Below are positions 1 through 10,021 of a DNA stretch of 64,000 nt, piece after piece. The notes under the pieces are model-generated. The model did not search any database and was not told the origin of the DNA. It worked only from the letters and a program-made list of their open reading frames with translations. The stretch is from an uncultured Actinomycetota bacterium. Its GTDB lineage: Bacteria > Actinomycetota > Actinomycetes > JAHEKZ01. Within the stretch, counting starts at the first letter, position 1; every line of letters begins with the position of its first letter. The DNA lies in NCBI GenBank assembly GCA_963743915.1, contig CAVURN010000001.1:416001-480000 (forward strand), read 5' to 3'. A program made the translations under genes and the position numbers.

Positions 1-1520
1 GGGAGCACCTCGAAGGCGCCGATGCGTCCGCGGAACCCGGTGCTGGCGCACTCGAGACAACCCGCACCCCTGCGGGGAGCGGCGTGCGTGAGGGTGTCGA
101 GGTCGACACCCAGCGCGGCGAGGACGTCGTCGCTCGGCGTGTACGGCTCGCTGCACGCCTCGCAGACCCGCCGGACCAGACGCTGCGCGACCACCAGGTT
201 CAGGGAGGACGCCACCAGGAACGACGGGATCTCCATGTCGACCAGCCGGGTCAGTGCCTGCACCGCACCGTTGGTGTGCACGGTGCTCAGCACCAGGTGA
301 CCGGTCAGCGACGCGCGCAGTGCGAGCTCGGCGGTCTCGCGGTCGCGGATCTCACCGACGAGCACGACATCGGGGTCCTGGCGCAGCACGGCGCGCAGCC
401 CGCGTGCGAACGTCATGCCCGTGCGGGTGTTCACGTTGACCTGCGTGATGCCGGGCAGCTGGATCTCGACCGGGTCCTCGAGCGTCACGACGTTCCGCTC
501 GGGGGTGATCACCTCGTGGATGGCGGCGTAGAGGGAGTTGGTCTTGCCCGAGCCGGTCGGCCCGGTGATCAGGATGAGGCCCTGCGACACCTGCAGAGCC
601 CTCCGCACCGCCTCGAGCTGCCCGGGCAGCAGGCCCAGCGTGGCGAGATCGGGGACGCGGTCGGTGGTGGTGAGCAGCCGGATCACGACCTTCTCGCCGT
701 GCACGGCAGGCAAGGTGCTGACGCGGGCGTCCACCGTGTGGCCGTCGACGCTGATCCGCGTGCGTCCGTCCTGGGGCACCCGCCGCTCGGCGATGTCGAG
801 CGACGAGATGATCTTCAGCCGGCCGATGACGCTCGGGCCGGCGCTGCGGGGCACCGTCATGACGTCGCGCAGCAGCCCGTCCACCCGGTAGCGGATCCGG
901 ATCCCCTCCCGCTGGGGCTCGACGTGGACGTCACTCGCACCGATCCGCACGGCGTCACCGAGCAGCGCGTCGAGCAGCCGGACGGTGGGTGTCTGGTCGG
1001 CGTCCTGGTCGTCGTCCCCGACGTCGTCGTGCTCGATGGCCAGCAGCTGGACGGCATCGGCGGCGTCCTCGCCGAGCGACCAGACGCGCCGGATCGCCAG
1101 CTGGATCTGCGTCGGGGTGGCGACCACGACGTGCAGCGACCGTTCCCGGGTGTGGACGCGCACGTCGTCCAGTGCCAGGACGTTCGTCGGGTCGGCAGAG
1201 GCGATCCGCAGCCCCGTGGCCTCGCGGGCGAGCACGATCAGCCCGAAACGCTCGGCCATCACCCGGGGGATGAGCTGGGCCATGGCCGGGTCGACCGGTT
1301 CGACGGACAGGTCGACGACGTCGAGAGCGAGCAGGTCTCCCAGTGCCTCGGCGACCTGCTCCTCGGTGCCCAGGCCTCGCTCCACCACGAGCTGGCCGAG
1401 CCGGGGCCGGGACCCACCCGTCGGAGACTGGTGCACCGCCTGCTCGGCGAGCAGCTCGTCCAGCTGGATCTGGTCGATCACGCCATGGGCCACGAGAACC
1501 TCGCCCAGGCGCCGGCGCAT
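1..1520 (-). CDS. GspE/PulE/PilB-family secretion/pilus assembly ATPase (3' end runs off the window)
   Basis: Manual minus-strand translation: Walker A GLILITGPTGSGKT, LRQDPDVVLVGEIRD, Cys motif GCLECASTGFRGR, N-terminal RLGEVLVAHGVIDQIQLDELLAEQ. ATG at 1520, alternative in-frame GTG at 1604. Missing from the ORF track because it has no stop in the window. Confidence 0.93.
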   Translation of the reverse strand, partial: MRRRLGEVLVAHGVIDQIQLDELLAEQAVHQSPTGGSRPRLGQLVVERGLGTEEQVAEALGDLLALDVVDLSVEPVDPAMAQLIPRVMAERFGLIVLAREATGLRIASADPTNVLALDDVRVHTRERSLHVVVATPTQIQLAIRRVWSLGEDAADAVQLLAIEHDDVGDDDQDADQTPTVRLLDALLGDAVRIGASDVHVEPQREGIRIRYRVDGLLRDVMTVPRSAGPSVIGRLKIISSLDIAERRVPQDGRTRISVDGHTVDARVSTLPAVHGEKVVIRLLTTTDRVPDLATLGLLPGQLEAVRRALQVSQGLILITGPTGSGKTNSLYAAIHEVITPERNVVTLEDPVEIQLPGITQVNVNTRTGMTFARGLRAVLRQDPDVVLVGEIRDRETAELALRASLTGHLVLSTVHTNGAVQALTRLVDMEIPSFLVASSLNLVVAQRLVRRVCEACSEPYTPSDDVLAALGVDLDTLTHAAPRRGAGCLECASTGFRGRIGAFEVL

Positions 1521-1670
1521 GGTGCGCTCGTGCTGCTTGGTGGGCGGAGGCGGCTCGGCGTGGGCGCGTCGACCCACCCGGGCAGAGGAGACCGGGGACT
1601 TCACCTTGAGTGTGTCGGCGCCGGGCGGGCTTGCCTGTAACGGCCACGGGTGAGGGCGTACGGTGGACGG

Positions 1671-1763
1671 AACACCGCGGGAGCCCGCCAAGGGCTGAGA
1701 GGGTGGCCGACCGAGCCACCGACCGCCTGAACCTGTCCGGGTCATGCCGGCGTAGGGAGTGTG
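1671..1763 (+). ncRNA. TPP (thiamine pyrophosphate) riboswitch
   Basis: Canonical elements GGGAGC...GGCTGAGAG...GACCGC-TGAACCTG-TCCGGGTCATGCCGGCGTAGGGAG directly upstream of an NCS1 transporter. The SD (GGGAG) lies in the 3' end of the aptamer. Confidence 0.95.
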
Positions 1764-1767
1764 CTTG

Positions 1768-3117
1768 ATGGCCATGATCGACGACGCGACGTCCCGGTCC
1801 GGGACGGTGGAAGCGCCCCTCACCCTCACCTTCGAGCCTCCTCGACCCTTGGGGTGGTGGGACCAGACGGTCCTCTGGTTCAACCTCGGGGTCAGTCTGA
1901 CCGGCCCGGTGACGGCGCTCTTCGTCTACTCGCCCCTGCTGGACGGCTCCACCATGTCGCTGCTGGCGGCGTTCACCGCGACCGTCCTCGGTGCGGTGCT
2001 GGGCGCGGGTCTGCTCGGTGCAGCATCGGTCCCGGGGGCCCGCACCGGCGCCCCCAGCATGGTGCTGCTGCGCGGCCTGTTCGGGCGTCGCGGGTCGATC
2101 GTCCCCACCGTGCTGAACATCGCGCAGAACATCGGCTGGGGGACCATCGAGATCATCGTGATCGCGGCCGCAGCGACCGCGCTGACGGGGGACGAGTGGC
2201 GTCCGCTGTGGGTGGTGCTGGCGGGCATCGGCGCCACGGTGATGGCGGTGCGTCCGCTGGGGTCGGTCCGTCTGTTGCGCAAGGTGATCGTCTGGCTGGT
2301 GCTCGCGGCCACCGCCTACTTCTTCGCCCAGCTGCTGCAGGAGCCGTTGCCGGGGCTCACCGAAGGCGGATGGACAGGGTTCGGGCTGGCCACCGACACG
2401 GTGATCGCGGTGTGCGTCTCGTACGCGCTGCTCATCGGTGACTACAGCCGTCACTCGAGGTCCCCGCGCGACTCGTTCCTGGGCGCGTGGGTGGGCTACG
2501 GCCTCGCGGCCATCGTGTACATCTCGCTCGGCATCATCGCCTACGCCACCGTGGTCGACCTCGACGGCGACGTGATCGCCGGGCTGCTCGCCGTCCCAGC
2601 CGGTGCCCTCGCACTGCTGATCCTCGCGGTGGACGAGGTCGACGAGGCGTTCGCGAACATCTACTCGACCACGATGTCGATGCACAACCTGGCGCCCGGA
2701 CTCGACCGGCGGAGAGTGGCGGTGGTCGTCGGGGTCGTCGCCACGGGTCTGGCGCTCATGATCGACCTGACCGGGTACCAGTCGTTCCTCTACCTGATCG
2801 GATCGGTCTTCGTCCCGTTGGTGGCGGTGATGATCGTCGACTGGTTCGTCGTGTCGCGGGGCCAGTGGAACCTGTCGGAGTCCTCTCCGCTGCGTCCGGC
2901 GATGTTCGCGTCGTGGCTCGCCGGCTTCGTCGCCTACCAGCTCGTCAACCCGGGCTACGTCAACGGCTGGAACGACCTCTGGATCTGGGTGCGTGACCAG
3001 GTCGGGTTCGTTCCGCCCACCTGGCTCGCAGCGTCCTGGTTCGCGCTGCTCGTGGGCGGGCTGGCGACGGCACTGTTCGGATCCCTGGAGCGGTCCCTGG
3101 GACGCGTGCCGGACTAG
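1768..3117 (+). CDS. NCS1/cytosine-permease family transporter, likely CytX-type thiamine-precursor (HMP) importer
   Basis: About 12 hydrophobic segments, GARTGAPSMVLLRGLFG and DYSRH motifs, TPP riboswitch upstream. Confidence 0.85.
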   Translation: MAMIDDATSRSGTVEAPLTLTFEPPRPLGWWDQTVLWFNLGVSLTGPVTALFVYSPLLDGSTMSLLAAFTATVLGAVLGAGLLGAASVPGARTGAPSMVLLRGLFGRRGSIVPTVLNIAQNIGWGTIEIIVIAAAATALTGDEWRPLWVVLAGIGATVMAVRPLGSVRLLRKVIVWLVLAATAYFFAQLLQEPLPGLTEGGWTGFGLATDTVIAVCVSYALLIGDYSRHSRSPRDSFLGAWVGYGLAAIVYISLGIIAYATVVDLDGDVIAGLLAVPAGALALLILAVDEVDEAFANIYSTTMSMHNLAPGLDRRRVAVVVGVVATGLALMIDLTGYQSFLYLIGSVFVPLVAVMIVDWFVVSRGQWNLSESSPLRPAMFASWLAGFVAYQLVNPGYVNGWNDLWIWVRDQVGFVPPTWLAASWFALLVGGLATALFGSLERSLGRVPD

Positions 3118-3124
3118 GGCCTGC

Positions 3125-3646
3125 TCACCCTGCGGAGGGTTCCGGCTCCTCGCGTGCGGTGTCCGGTGACGAGCGGTCCTCGAGCGCCTCGAGCAGCTCG
3201 CGCAGCTGGTCGCGCACGAAGTCACGGGTCGCCACCTCGTTGACCGCCATGCGCAGGGAGGACACCTCACGCGTGAGGAAGTCGTCGTCGGCGATGATGC
3301 GGTCGATCCGAGCGCGGTCCTCCCAGTACTGGACACGGTCCCGGTCGGCCTGTCGGTTCTGCGCCAGCAGGATCAGGGGTGCGGCGTACGACGCCTGCAT
3401 CGAGAGCACGAGGGTCAGGCCGATGAAGGGCCAGTCGTCGAACCGAAGGTCGGACGGTGCCAGGACGTTCCACAGCATCCAGGCGGCGATGAAGATCGTC
3501 ATGTAGAGGATGAACCGCCACGAGCCGATGAAGCGGCTGATCCGCTCGGAGAGCTTCCCGAACGTCTCCGGGTCGTACGGCGACCTCACTCCGCGGCGCG
3601 GGCCGCGTGGCTGGTCGAGGCGGCTGCGCCTCAGCTCACGCGCCAC
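3125..3646 (-). CDS. DUF1003 family membrane protein
   Basis: FIGSWRFI...DDWPFIGLTLVLSMQASYAAPLILLAQNRQ signature. Overlaps the upstream MgtE-like gene. Confidence 0.88.
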   Translation of the reverse strand: MARELRRSRLDQPRGPRRGVRSPYDPETFGKLSERISRFIGSWRFILYMTIFIAAWMLWNVLAPSDLRFDDWPFIGLTLVLSMQASYAAPLILLAQNRQADRDRVQYWEDRARIDRIIADDDFLTREVSSLRMAVNEVATRDFVRDQLRELLEALEDRSSPDTAREEPEPSAG

Positions 3647-4901
3647 GGGTCACCTCGCGGGACTCGTGGGTGTCCGCGCTCCGCCAGTCGTCGGGGAGCA
3701 TGTGGTCGATCACGTCGTCGACGGTGACGGCGCCGAGGAGCCGGTCGTTGTCGTCGACCACCGGGATCGCCACGAGGTTGTAGCTGGCCAGGACGTTGGT
3801 GACCTCGGCGAGGGGGGCCTCAGGGCTCACCGGCTCGAGCTCGGAGTCGATGGCCTCGGTGACGAGCGCGCCAGGCGTCTCGCGCAGCAGCCGCTGGAAG
3901 TGGATGGCCCCGAGATAGCGTCCCGTGGGCGACTCCAACGGGGGTCGGCACACGTACACCTGCGCGGCCAACGCGGGAGGCAGGTCCGAGTTCCGGATGC
4001 GCGCCAACGCCTCGGCCACCGTGGCGTCCGGCGCGAGGATCACCGGCTCGGACGTCATCATGCCGCCGGCGGTGTACTCGTCGTACGCGAGCAGCATCCG
4101 GACGTCCTCCGCCTCATCAGGCTCCATCAGCTCGAGGAGGCGCACCCGCGTCGCCTCGGCGATCTCGATCAGGATGTCCGCGGCGTCGTCGGGGTCCATC
4201 TCCTCCAGGACGTCCGCGGCGCGTTCGTCGTCGAGAGCCGAGAGGATCTCTGCGGCGTCCGACTCGATCATCTCCCCGAGCACGTCGGCGAGCCGCTGGT
4301 CGTCCAGGGCTGCGATCACGTCGCCCTGGCGCTTGTCGCTGAGGGTCTGCAGGGCGTGGGCGACGTCGGCGGGTCGCAGCTTCTCGTAGCTCTCCAGCAG
4401 GCGAGTGGTCCCCTGGTCCTCGTCTCCGACCGCGAGCCCGGTGATCTCGTCCCAGTCTGCGACGAACTGCTCACCTCGGCGTCGGAGCGTCTTGCCCTTG
4501 CGCTGGACGTAGACCTTGGACACCTCCCAGTCACGCGTACGGAGCTGCTCCATGCCCACGTCGAGCAGGGTGACTCGCTCGCCACCGTCGCGGAGCGTGA
4601 CCGCCGAGTCGAGCAGCTCGCCGACGACCAGCACCTCGCCTGTGCGCTGCTCGAAACGACGCAGGTTCAGCAAGCCGCTGACGACCACGCCGCCGGCGTC
4701 GACGGAGGTGACGCGCGTCATCGGCACGAAGATGCGGCGACGGGGTTGCACCTCCAGCACCAGCCCGATGATCCGTGGCGGACGGGGTGCGCTGCGCAGG
4801 GTGGCCACGACGTCCCGGATCTTGCCCAGCTGGTCGCCGCCGGGGTCGAACACGGGAACCCCCAGCAGACGGGCGATGAAGACTCGGGTGGGGGCGCTCA
4901 C
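3636..4901 (-). CDS. MgtE N-terminal/CBS domain protein with PRC barrel (no transmembrane domain)
   Basis: PRC-like N-terminus, acidic MgtE_N repeats, TAGGMMT, tandem CBS (GAVTVDDVID). Confidence 0.88.
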   Translation of the reverse strand: MSAPTRVFIARLLGVPVFDPGGDQLGKIRDVVATLRSAPRPPRIIGLVLEVQPRRRIFVPMTRVTSVDAGGVVVSGLLNLRRFEQRTGEVLVVGELLDSAVTLRDGGERVTLLDVGMEQLRTRDWEVSKVYVQRKGKTLRRRGEQFVADWDEITGLAVGDEDQGTTRLLESYEKLRPADVAHALQTLSDKRQGDVIAALDDQRLADVLGEMIESDAAEILSALDDERAADVLEEMDPDDAADILIEIAEATRVRLLELMEPDEAEDVRMLLAYDEYTAGGMMTSEPVILAPDATVAEALARIRNSDLPPALAAQVYVCRPPLESPTGRYLGAIHFQRLLRETPGALVTEAIDSELEPVSPEAPLAEVTNVLASYNLVAIPVVDDNDRLLGAVTVDDVIDHMLPDDWRSADTHESREVTRGA

Positions 4902-4965
4902 TCCTCGAGATTAGCGGCGGAGCGCCTGCTAACGTCCGAGCGACCTGACCGAAAGGGGAAGGTTC

Positions 4966-5856
4966 GTGTCCGATCGCGCGTCGCCCTCGCTTCCGTATGT
5001 GATCCTCGACGTGTTCACCGACCGTCCGTTTGCGGGGAACCCGCTGGCCGTCGTCATGGACGCTGACGAGCTCAGCGGCGGGCAGCTGCAGCGCATCGCA
5101 CGAGAGTTCAACCTGTCCGAGACGGCCTTTCCCATGGCTCCCACCGACGAGGGCGCCGACTACCGCTTGCGGATCTTCACGCCTGCGGCCGAGATTCCCT
5201 TCGCCGGTCACCCGTCGGTCGGTTCGGCGTGGTGGCTCGCCCGTAGTGGACGCATCGGCACCGGTGTGGTCCGTCAGGAGTGCGGAGCCGGACTGCTGCC
5301 GGTGGAGGTCACCGACGAGGGAGCCACCCTCACGGGCGGGGCGGCGTCGGTGTCCGACCCGGTCGATGCCGACACCGCGCTGGGGGCGGTCGGGCTGGAG
5401 CGGACGGACCTCGTCGATGGAGAGGTCCGGATCGCCAGCACCGGCTTGCCGTTCGCGATCGCCTTCGTCACCCCCGACGCCGTCGCCCGGTGTGCCCCGG
5501 ACATGGCAGTGCTGCGCAAGGAGTTCGCGCACCCGCGCCCGGCCACTGGTGTCTACGTCGTGGACTGGGACGCCGAGGTGCGGCACGCGAGGGTACGGAT
5601 GTTCGCCGGTGACATGGGCAGCGCCGAGGACCCGGCCACCGGTTCTGCGGCGCTCGCCCTGGGCGCTCGGCTGGTTGCGCGCGGTGACTTCCCCGACGGC
5701 ACGCAGATCTTCACGGTCGAGCAGGGAGTCGACATGGGGCGTCCGTCCCGGCTGACCGTGACCTGCGACATCGCGCAGGGCGTGGTCGAGCGGCTCCAGG
5801 TGACCGGCGGTGCCGTCCTCGTTTCAGAGGGCCGGATCGCGATTCCCCCGGCCTGA
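4966..5856 (+). CDS. PhzF family isomerase/epimerase
   Basis: DVFTDRPFAGNPLAVV, NLSETAF, EIPFAGHP, EDPATGSA motifs. Confidence 0.93.
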   Translation: MSDRASPSLPYVILDVFTDRPFAGNPLAVVMDADELSGGQLQRIAREFNLSETAFPMAPTDEGADYRLRIFTPAAEIPFAGHPSVGSAWWLARSGRIGTGVVRQECGAGLLPVEVTDEGATLTGGAASVSDPVDADTALGAVGLERTDLVDGEVRIASTGLPFAIAFVTPDAVARCAPDMAVLRKEFAHPRPATGVYVVDWDAEVRHARVRMFAGDMGSAEDPATGSAALALGARLVARGDFPDGTQIFTVEQGVDMGRPSRLTVTCDIAQGVVERLQVTGGAVLVSEGRIAIPPA

Positions 5857-5859
5857 CGG

Positions 5860-6393
5860 TCAGCGACGCCTGCGCGTGGCACGTCCGGCATGGAAAGGGG
5901 TGCGGTCCAGGGTGGTCGCATCGGTCGGCAGTGGTTCGGCCCGGTGGGACGCGCTGGACATGGCCTCAGGCGTCTCGGCCGCCCGACCGGTGGGGCGGAG
6001 CAGCCACAGGGTGCTTTCGCGCCGCCACCTTTCCGGCTGAGCCTCGCCGTCGGGGGCGTTGAGCCGCTCGGGGTGCAGGGCCGCCACCGCCGCTCCCCAC
6101 GCCTCGCTGTCCGGCTCGAGGCGCGCCACGCGGGCGGTGACGCGCAGCTGTCGGGCGCTGTTCTCCTTGCTGCGGAGGATCACCTCGACCTCGGCCCCGT
6201 CGGTGAGGCCGGGGTCGGTCTGCTCGATCCCTCCGGTCACGACCGCGAAGGCGTCGTCGTGCCACACGTGCCAGAGGGCGCGGGCCGGGCGCTCACCGAC
6301 GACCACCCACACCAGGTCGGACTTGCCGGCCAGCTCGGCCGTCAGAGCCGAGAGCAGCGCCTCGTCCTGGCGCGCGGCATCGTCGGCTTCCAT
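5860..6393 (-). CDS. Hypothetical protein, split-barrel (PNPOx-like) candidate
   Basis: ORF from MEADD with LWHVWHD...GGIEQ, resembling conserved actinobacterial hypotheticals. The fold is an inference. Confidence 0.65.
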   Translation of the reverse strand: MEADDAARQDEALLSALTAELAGKSDLVWVVVGERPARALWHVWHDDAFAVVTGGIEQTDPGLTDGAEVEVILRSKENSARQLRVTARVARLEPDSEAWGAAVAALHPERLNAPDGEAQPERWRRESTLWLLRPTGRAAETPEAMSSASHRAEPLPTDATTLDRTPFHAGRATRRRR

Positions 6394-6515
6394 GCGCCGA
6401 AGCCTGCCACAGGACCCGGCACCGAGGGTTCGTCCTGCGACGCTAGGCTCCGGACGACCGCGCCGACCGCTCGACCGGCGGCGACCCAAGTCCCGTGCCG
6501 AAATCGGAGTCGTTG

Positions 6516-7508
6516 ATGTCAGAGCGTGTCCTCCGTCCCCGACGGTCCAACCTGGCAGTCCCGGGCAGCAGCCCCAAGATGCTCGAGAAGGCCAAGGGGC
6601 TACCGGCCGACCAGGTCTTCCTCGACATCGAGGACGCCGTTGCCCCCCTGGCCAAGCCCGAGGCACGCAGGAACATCGTCGCGGCGCTGAACGAGGGTGG
6701 CTACGGCGACAAGGTGCGCACGGTGCGGGTCAACGACTGGACGACCGAGTGGACCTACCGGGACGTCGTCGAGGTGGTCGAGGGGGCGGGCGAGAACCTC
6801 GACTGCATCATGCTGCCGAAGGTGCAGACGCCGGAGCAGGTGGTGACCCTCGACACCCTGCTGACCCAGATCGAGAAGGCCAACGGCCTCGAAGTGGGAA
6901 GGCTCGGGATCGAGGCGCAGATCGAGAACGCGATCGGGCTCATCAACGTGGACGCGATCGCGGCCGCCAGTCCTCGCGTCGAGACGATCATCTTCGGCCC
7001 GGCCGACTTCATGGCGAGCATCAACATGCGCACCCTCGTCGTCGGCGAGCAGCCGGCCGGATACACCGAGGGCGACGCGTACCACTACATCCTGATGCGG
7101 ATCCTGATGGCTGCCCGCGCCTACGACAAGCAGGCGATCGACGGGCCCTACTTGCAGATCCGCGACGTGGACGGCTACCGGCGGGTGGCCGACCGTGCCG
7201 CCGCTCTCGGCTTCGACGGCAAGTGGGTGCTGCACCCGGGGCAGGTGGAGGCGGCCAACGAGGTGTTCTCGCCGAAGCAGGACGACTTCGACCACGCCGA
7301 GCTCATCCTCGACGCGTACGCGTACTACACCTCCGAGGCCGGTGGGCAGCTGGGCGCCGTCATGCTGGGCACCGAGATGATCGACGAGGCGTCGCGCAAG
7401 ATGGCGCTGGTGGTCAGCGGCAAGGGACGCGCCGCTGGCATGCAGCGGACGGTCTGGTTCGACCCCGAGGCCGACGACGCGCGTACGACGACCGCCCCGG
7501 AGCGCTGA
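6516..7508 (+). CDS. CitE/HpcH-family CoA ester lyase (malyl-CoA/beta-methylmalyl-CoA lyase-like)
   Basis: [47 protein letters not shown]. Confidence 0.93.
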   Translation: MSERVLRPRRSNLAVPGSSPKMLEKAKGLPADQVFLDIEDAVAPLAKPEARRNIVAALNEGGYGDKVRTVRVNDWTTEWTYRDVVEVVEGAGENLDCIMLPKVQTPEQVVTLDTLLTQIEKANGLEVGRLGIEAQIENAIGLINVDAIAAASPRVETIIFGPADFMASINMRTLVVGEQPAGYTEGDAYHYILMRILMAARAYDKQAIDGPYLQIRDVDGYRRVADRAAALGFDGKWVLHPGQVEAANEVFSPKQDDFDHAELILDAYAYYTSEAGGQLGAVMLGTEMIDEASRKMALVVSGKGRAAGMQRTVWFDPEADDARTTTAPER

Positions 7509-8272
7509 TGACCTTCTTCGCGCTGGACGGCAAGGTGGCTCTCGTCACCGGTGCGGGGAGCCCAGGGGGGATCGGGTTCGCGTGCGCGCGCACGCTCCGC
7601 GAGCTGGGTGCGACGGTGGCGGTGGCAGCGACGTCCGACCGCATCCACGACCGTGCCGCCGAGCTCGGAGCGAAAGGATTCGTCGCCGACCTCACCGATC
7701 CCGCACAGGTCGAACGTCTGGTCGCCGAGGTCGAGTCGAGCCTCGGTCCGATCGACCTGCTGGTCAACAACGCCGGAATGACCAGCGTCACCGACGAGGA
7801 GACGTGGCTGTCGATCACGGAGATGTCGCCGGAGCAGTGGCGCAGTGGGATCGTGCGCAACCTCGACACCGCCTTCCTGATGACACGTGCGGTGATGTCA
7901 GGCATGCGGGAACGTGGCTTCGGCCGCATCGTCAACGTGACCTCGACGTCGGGCACGACCTGCGCGATGCCGAACGAGGCGTCCTACGTCGCCGGCAAGG
8001 GCGGGATGCGCGGACTCACCCTGGCGTCGGCCGTCGAGACCGCCGCCTCCGGTGTCACGTGCAACGCGGTCGCCCCTGGCTGGATCCGGACGCCGTCGTC
8101 GCTCTCGCAGGAGCTGGAGTACGGCGAGCGGACACCGATGCAGCGAATGGGGGAGCCGGCCGAGATCGCAGCGGCCGTCGCCTTCTTCTGCTCACCCGCC
8201 GCGTCGTACGTCACCGGCCAGACGCTCGTCGTCGACGGCGGCAACTCGATCCGCGAGGCGAACCCCGCCTGA
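7508..8272 (+). CDS. SDR family oxidoreductase
   Basis: [19 protein letters not shown] (YxxxK), [16 protein letters not shown] overlap with the CitE stop. Confidence 0.92.
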   Translation: MTFFALDGKVALVTGAGSPGGIGFACARTLRELGATVAVAATSDRIHDRAAELGAKGFVADLTDPAQVERLVAEVESSLGPIDLLVNNAGMTSVTDEETWLSITEMSPEQWRSGIVRNLDTAFLMTRAVMSGMRERGFGRIVNVTSTSGTTCAMPNEASYVAGKGGMRGLTLASAVETAASGVTCNAVAPGWIRTPSSLSQELEYGERTPMQRMGEPAEIAAAVAFFCSPAASYVTGQTLVVDGGNSIREANPA

Positions 8273-8385
8273 GCCCCTAGCGGGCTGCGTCCAGAGTCTC
8301 GCCGACACGCTCGAACCGCGGTGATGGCAACCCCTATAGTGCCGGAGCGGCCGATAGCGGACCGCCGCAAGTGAGCGGACACCGC

Positions 8386-9948
8386 ATGGAACAGAGCGAC
8401 AGGTCTTCGGGCATCAGTCTGGCCGACCTCCTAGCTACCTTCTCGCTGGCTACCGACCTCGGTCTCGGGCAGCCGATGTCCCACCTGCTGCGATCGTGGC
8501 AGATCTCCGTGCGAATGGCGGACCGGCTGGACGAGCCGGTCGACCCGGCGGCGTTGTTTCACGTCTCGATGCTTGCCTGGGTCGGCTGCGTCGCTGACGC
8601 GCCGGAGGTGACCGCGAACTTCGGTGACGACATCGAGTTCAGGGCCGACAGCTACGACATCGACCTCGGCGGCATGGCCGCCCTTGCCTTCTTTCTCGGG
8701 CACGCGGGCGCCGGTGGTTCGATAACCCAGCGGGCCCGCTCGAGCTTCTCGATAGTCGCCAGCGGAGGCCGTCGGGTCGCACAGGGGATCCAGAGCCACT
8801 GCCTGATCACGGCGGTCCTCGCCGAGGAGCTGGGTCTTGGCGAGGACATCGCGACCGCGCTCCGCCAGTTCTTTGCGCGGTGGGACGGCAAGGGGGTGCC
8901 GAAGAAGCTGGGAGGTGAGGCGATCGCGCTGCCGGTGCGCATCTTCCAGCTGGCCGACGTCGTCGAGGTCTTCGACCGGCGCAAGGGTGTCCCGGGTGCG
9001 GTCGCCGAGGCTCGGCGACGCCGCGGGACGCAGTTCGACCCCTCCCTCGTCGACCTGTTCTGTGGCTCGGCCGACGAGGTCCTGCACGACCTGCCGGACG
9101 TCTACGACTCCAGTGGACGCATCATCGCCGAGCCCTCGCTCACCCAGGAGCTCAACGAAGCAGAGCTGGACCACGCCCTGACGGCGTTGGCCGACTTCAC
9201 GGACCTGAGGTGCCCCACCCGCGCCGGACACTCCCGTCGCGTGTCCGATCTCGCAGAGCGCGCGGCCGAGCAGCTCCGGCTGAGCCCCCCAGAGGTCGCG
9301 ACGGTCCGCCGCGCGGGGCTGCTGCACGACATCGGGCTTCACGGCGTCCCGGCCATCATCCTGATGAAGGAGTCACCGCTCGACGCCAGCGAGCAGGAAC
9401 GCCTCAGAGCGGGGTCGTACTACACCGAGCGGGTGCTGGCCCGTCATCCGGCGCTGACGCAGATCGGCGGGATCGCCAGTGTGGCGCACGAGCGCATGGA
9501 CGGGTCCGGCTACCACCGAGGCCTGCAGGGGGCGGGGATCCCGGAGGCCGGCCGAGTCCTGGCGGCCGCCTGCGCGTTCGCCGACCTGACGGCCCCCCGC
9601 CAGGAGGGACCCGCCCGCGGCCCCGAGGCGGCCGCGGCCCAGCTTCGGGCCGCAGCGCAGGCCGGACGCTTCGACCCGGCCGCCACCGAAGCCGTGCTGT
9701 CCGTCGCTGGGGTCGGCGGTCGGCAGCCCGTGCAGCGACCGGCCGGACTCACCCCGCGCGAGGTGGAGGTCCTCCGGCTGATCGCCCGAGGGGCGTCCAC
9801 GCGGGAGGTCGCCCGTGACCTCGGCATCAGCCAGAAGACGGCGGGCACGCACATCGAGCGGATCTACACCAAGACGGGGGCTCACACCCGCTCCACGGCC
9901 ACGATCTTCGCCCTGAAGAACGGGCTGCTTGACCCTCTCGACTTGTAG
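8386..9948 (+). CDS. HD-GYP-like domain / LuxR-HTH transcriptional regulator
   Basis: Degenerate first HD-GYP (RWDGKG), second HDIG...HERMDGSGYH, C-terminal LTPREVEVLRLIARG HTH. Confidence 0.9.
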   Translation: MEQSDRSSGISLADLLATFSLATDLGLGQPMSHLLRSWQISVRMADRLDEPVDPAALFHVSMLAWVGCVADAPEVTANFGDDIEFRADSYDIDLGGMAALAFFLGHAGAGGSITQRARSSFSIVASGGRRVAQGIQSHCLITAVLAEELGLGEDIATALRQFFARWDGKGVPKKLGGEAIALPVRIFQLADVVEVFDRRKGVPGAVAEARRRRGTQFDPSLVDLFCGSADEVLHDLPDVYDSSGRIIAEPSLTQELNEAELDHALTALADFTDLRCPTRAGHSRRVSDLAERAAEQLRLSPPEVATVRRAGLLHDIGLHGVPAIILMKESPLDASEQERLRAGSYYTERVLARHPALTQIGGIASVAHERMDGSGYHRGLQGAGIPEAGRVLAAACAFADLTAPRQEGPARGPEAAAAQLRAAAQAGRFDPAATEAVLSVAGVGGRQPVQRPAGLTPREVEVLRLIARGASTREVARDLGISQKTAGTHIERIYTKTGAHTRSTATIFALKNGLLDPLDL

Positions 9949-9960
9949 GGAATTCTCCTG
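9946..9960 (+). promoter_or_regulatory. Near-palindromic candidate LuxR/NarL-type operator upstream of dsrE
   Basis: TAGGGAATTCTCCTG overlaps the regulator stop codon. A -10-like TAGCGT follows at 9984-9989. Confidence 0.45.
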
Positions 9961-10021
9961 ACGACGGGCGCTCCTTGAGCTTCTAGCGTGCGCTCAACAT
10001 CCGCTCGTCAAGGAGGAAGTC

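Noticed and set aside
84-1640. 518-aa plus-strand ORF
   Set aside because: Antisense shadow of the minus-strand PilB/GspE gene, which has all the family motifs. Long shadow ORFs are expected at this GC content.
955-3336. 793-aa minus-strand ORF and similar long Arg/Pro-rich alternative-frame ORFs across the window
   Set aside because: No recognisable motifs, overlap well-supported genes, composition typical of high-GC off-frame translation.
3125-4901. MgtE lacking a membrane domain paired with DUF1003 as a novel split transporter
   Set aside because: This pair is a common, conserved actinobacterial arrangement, so it is not specific to this window.
6059-8272. 737-aa ORF suggesting a large SDR fusion
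   Set aside because: Only the last 254 codons are SDR. The upstream part is an off-frame read of the CitE gene.
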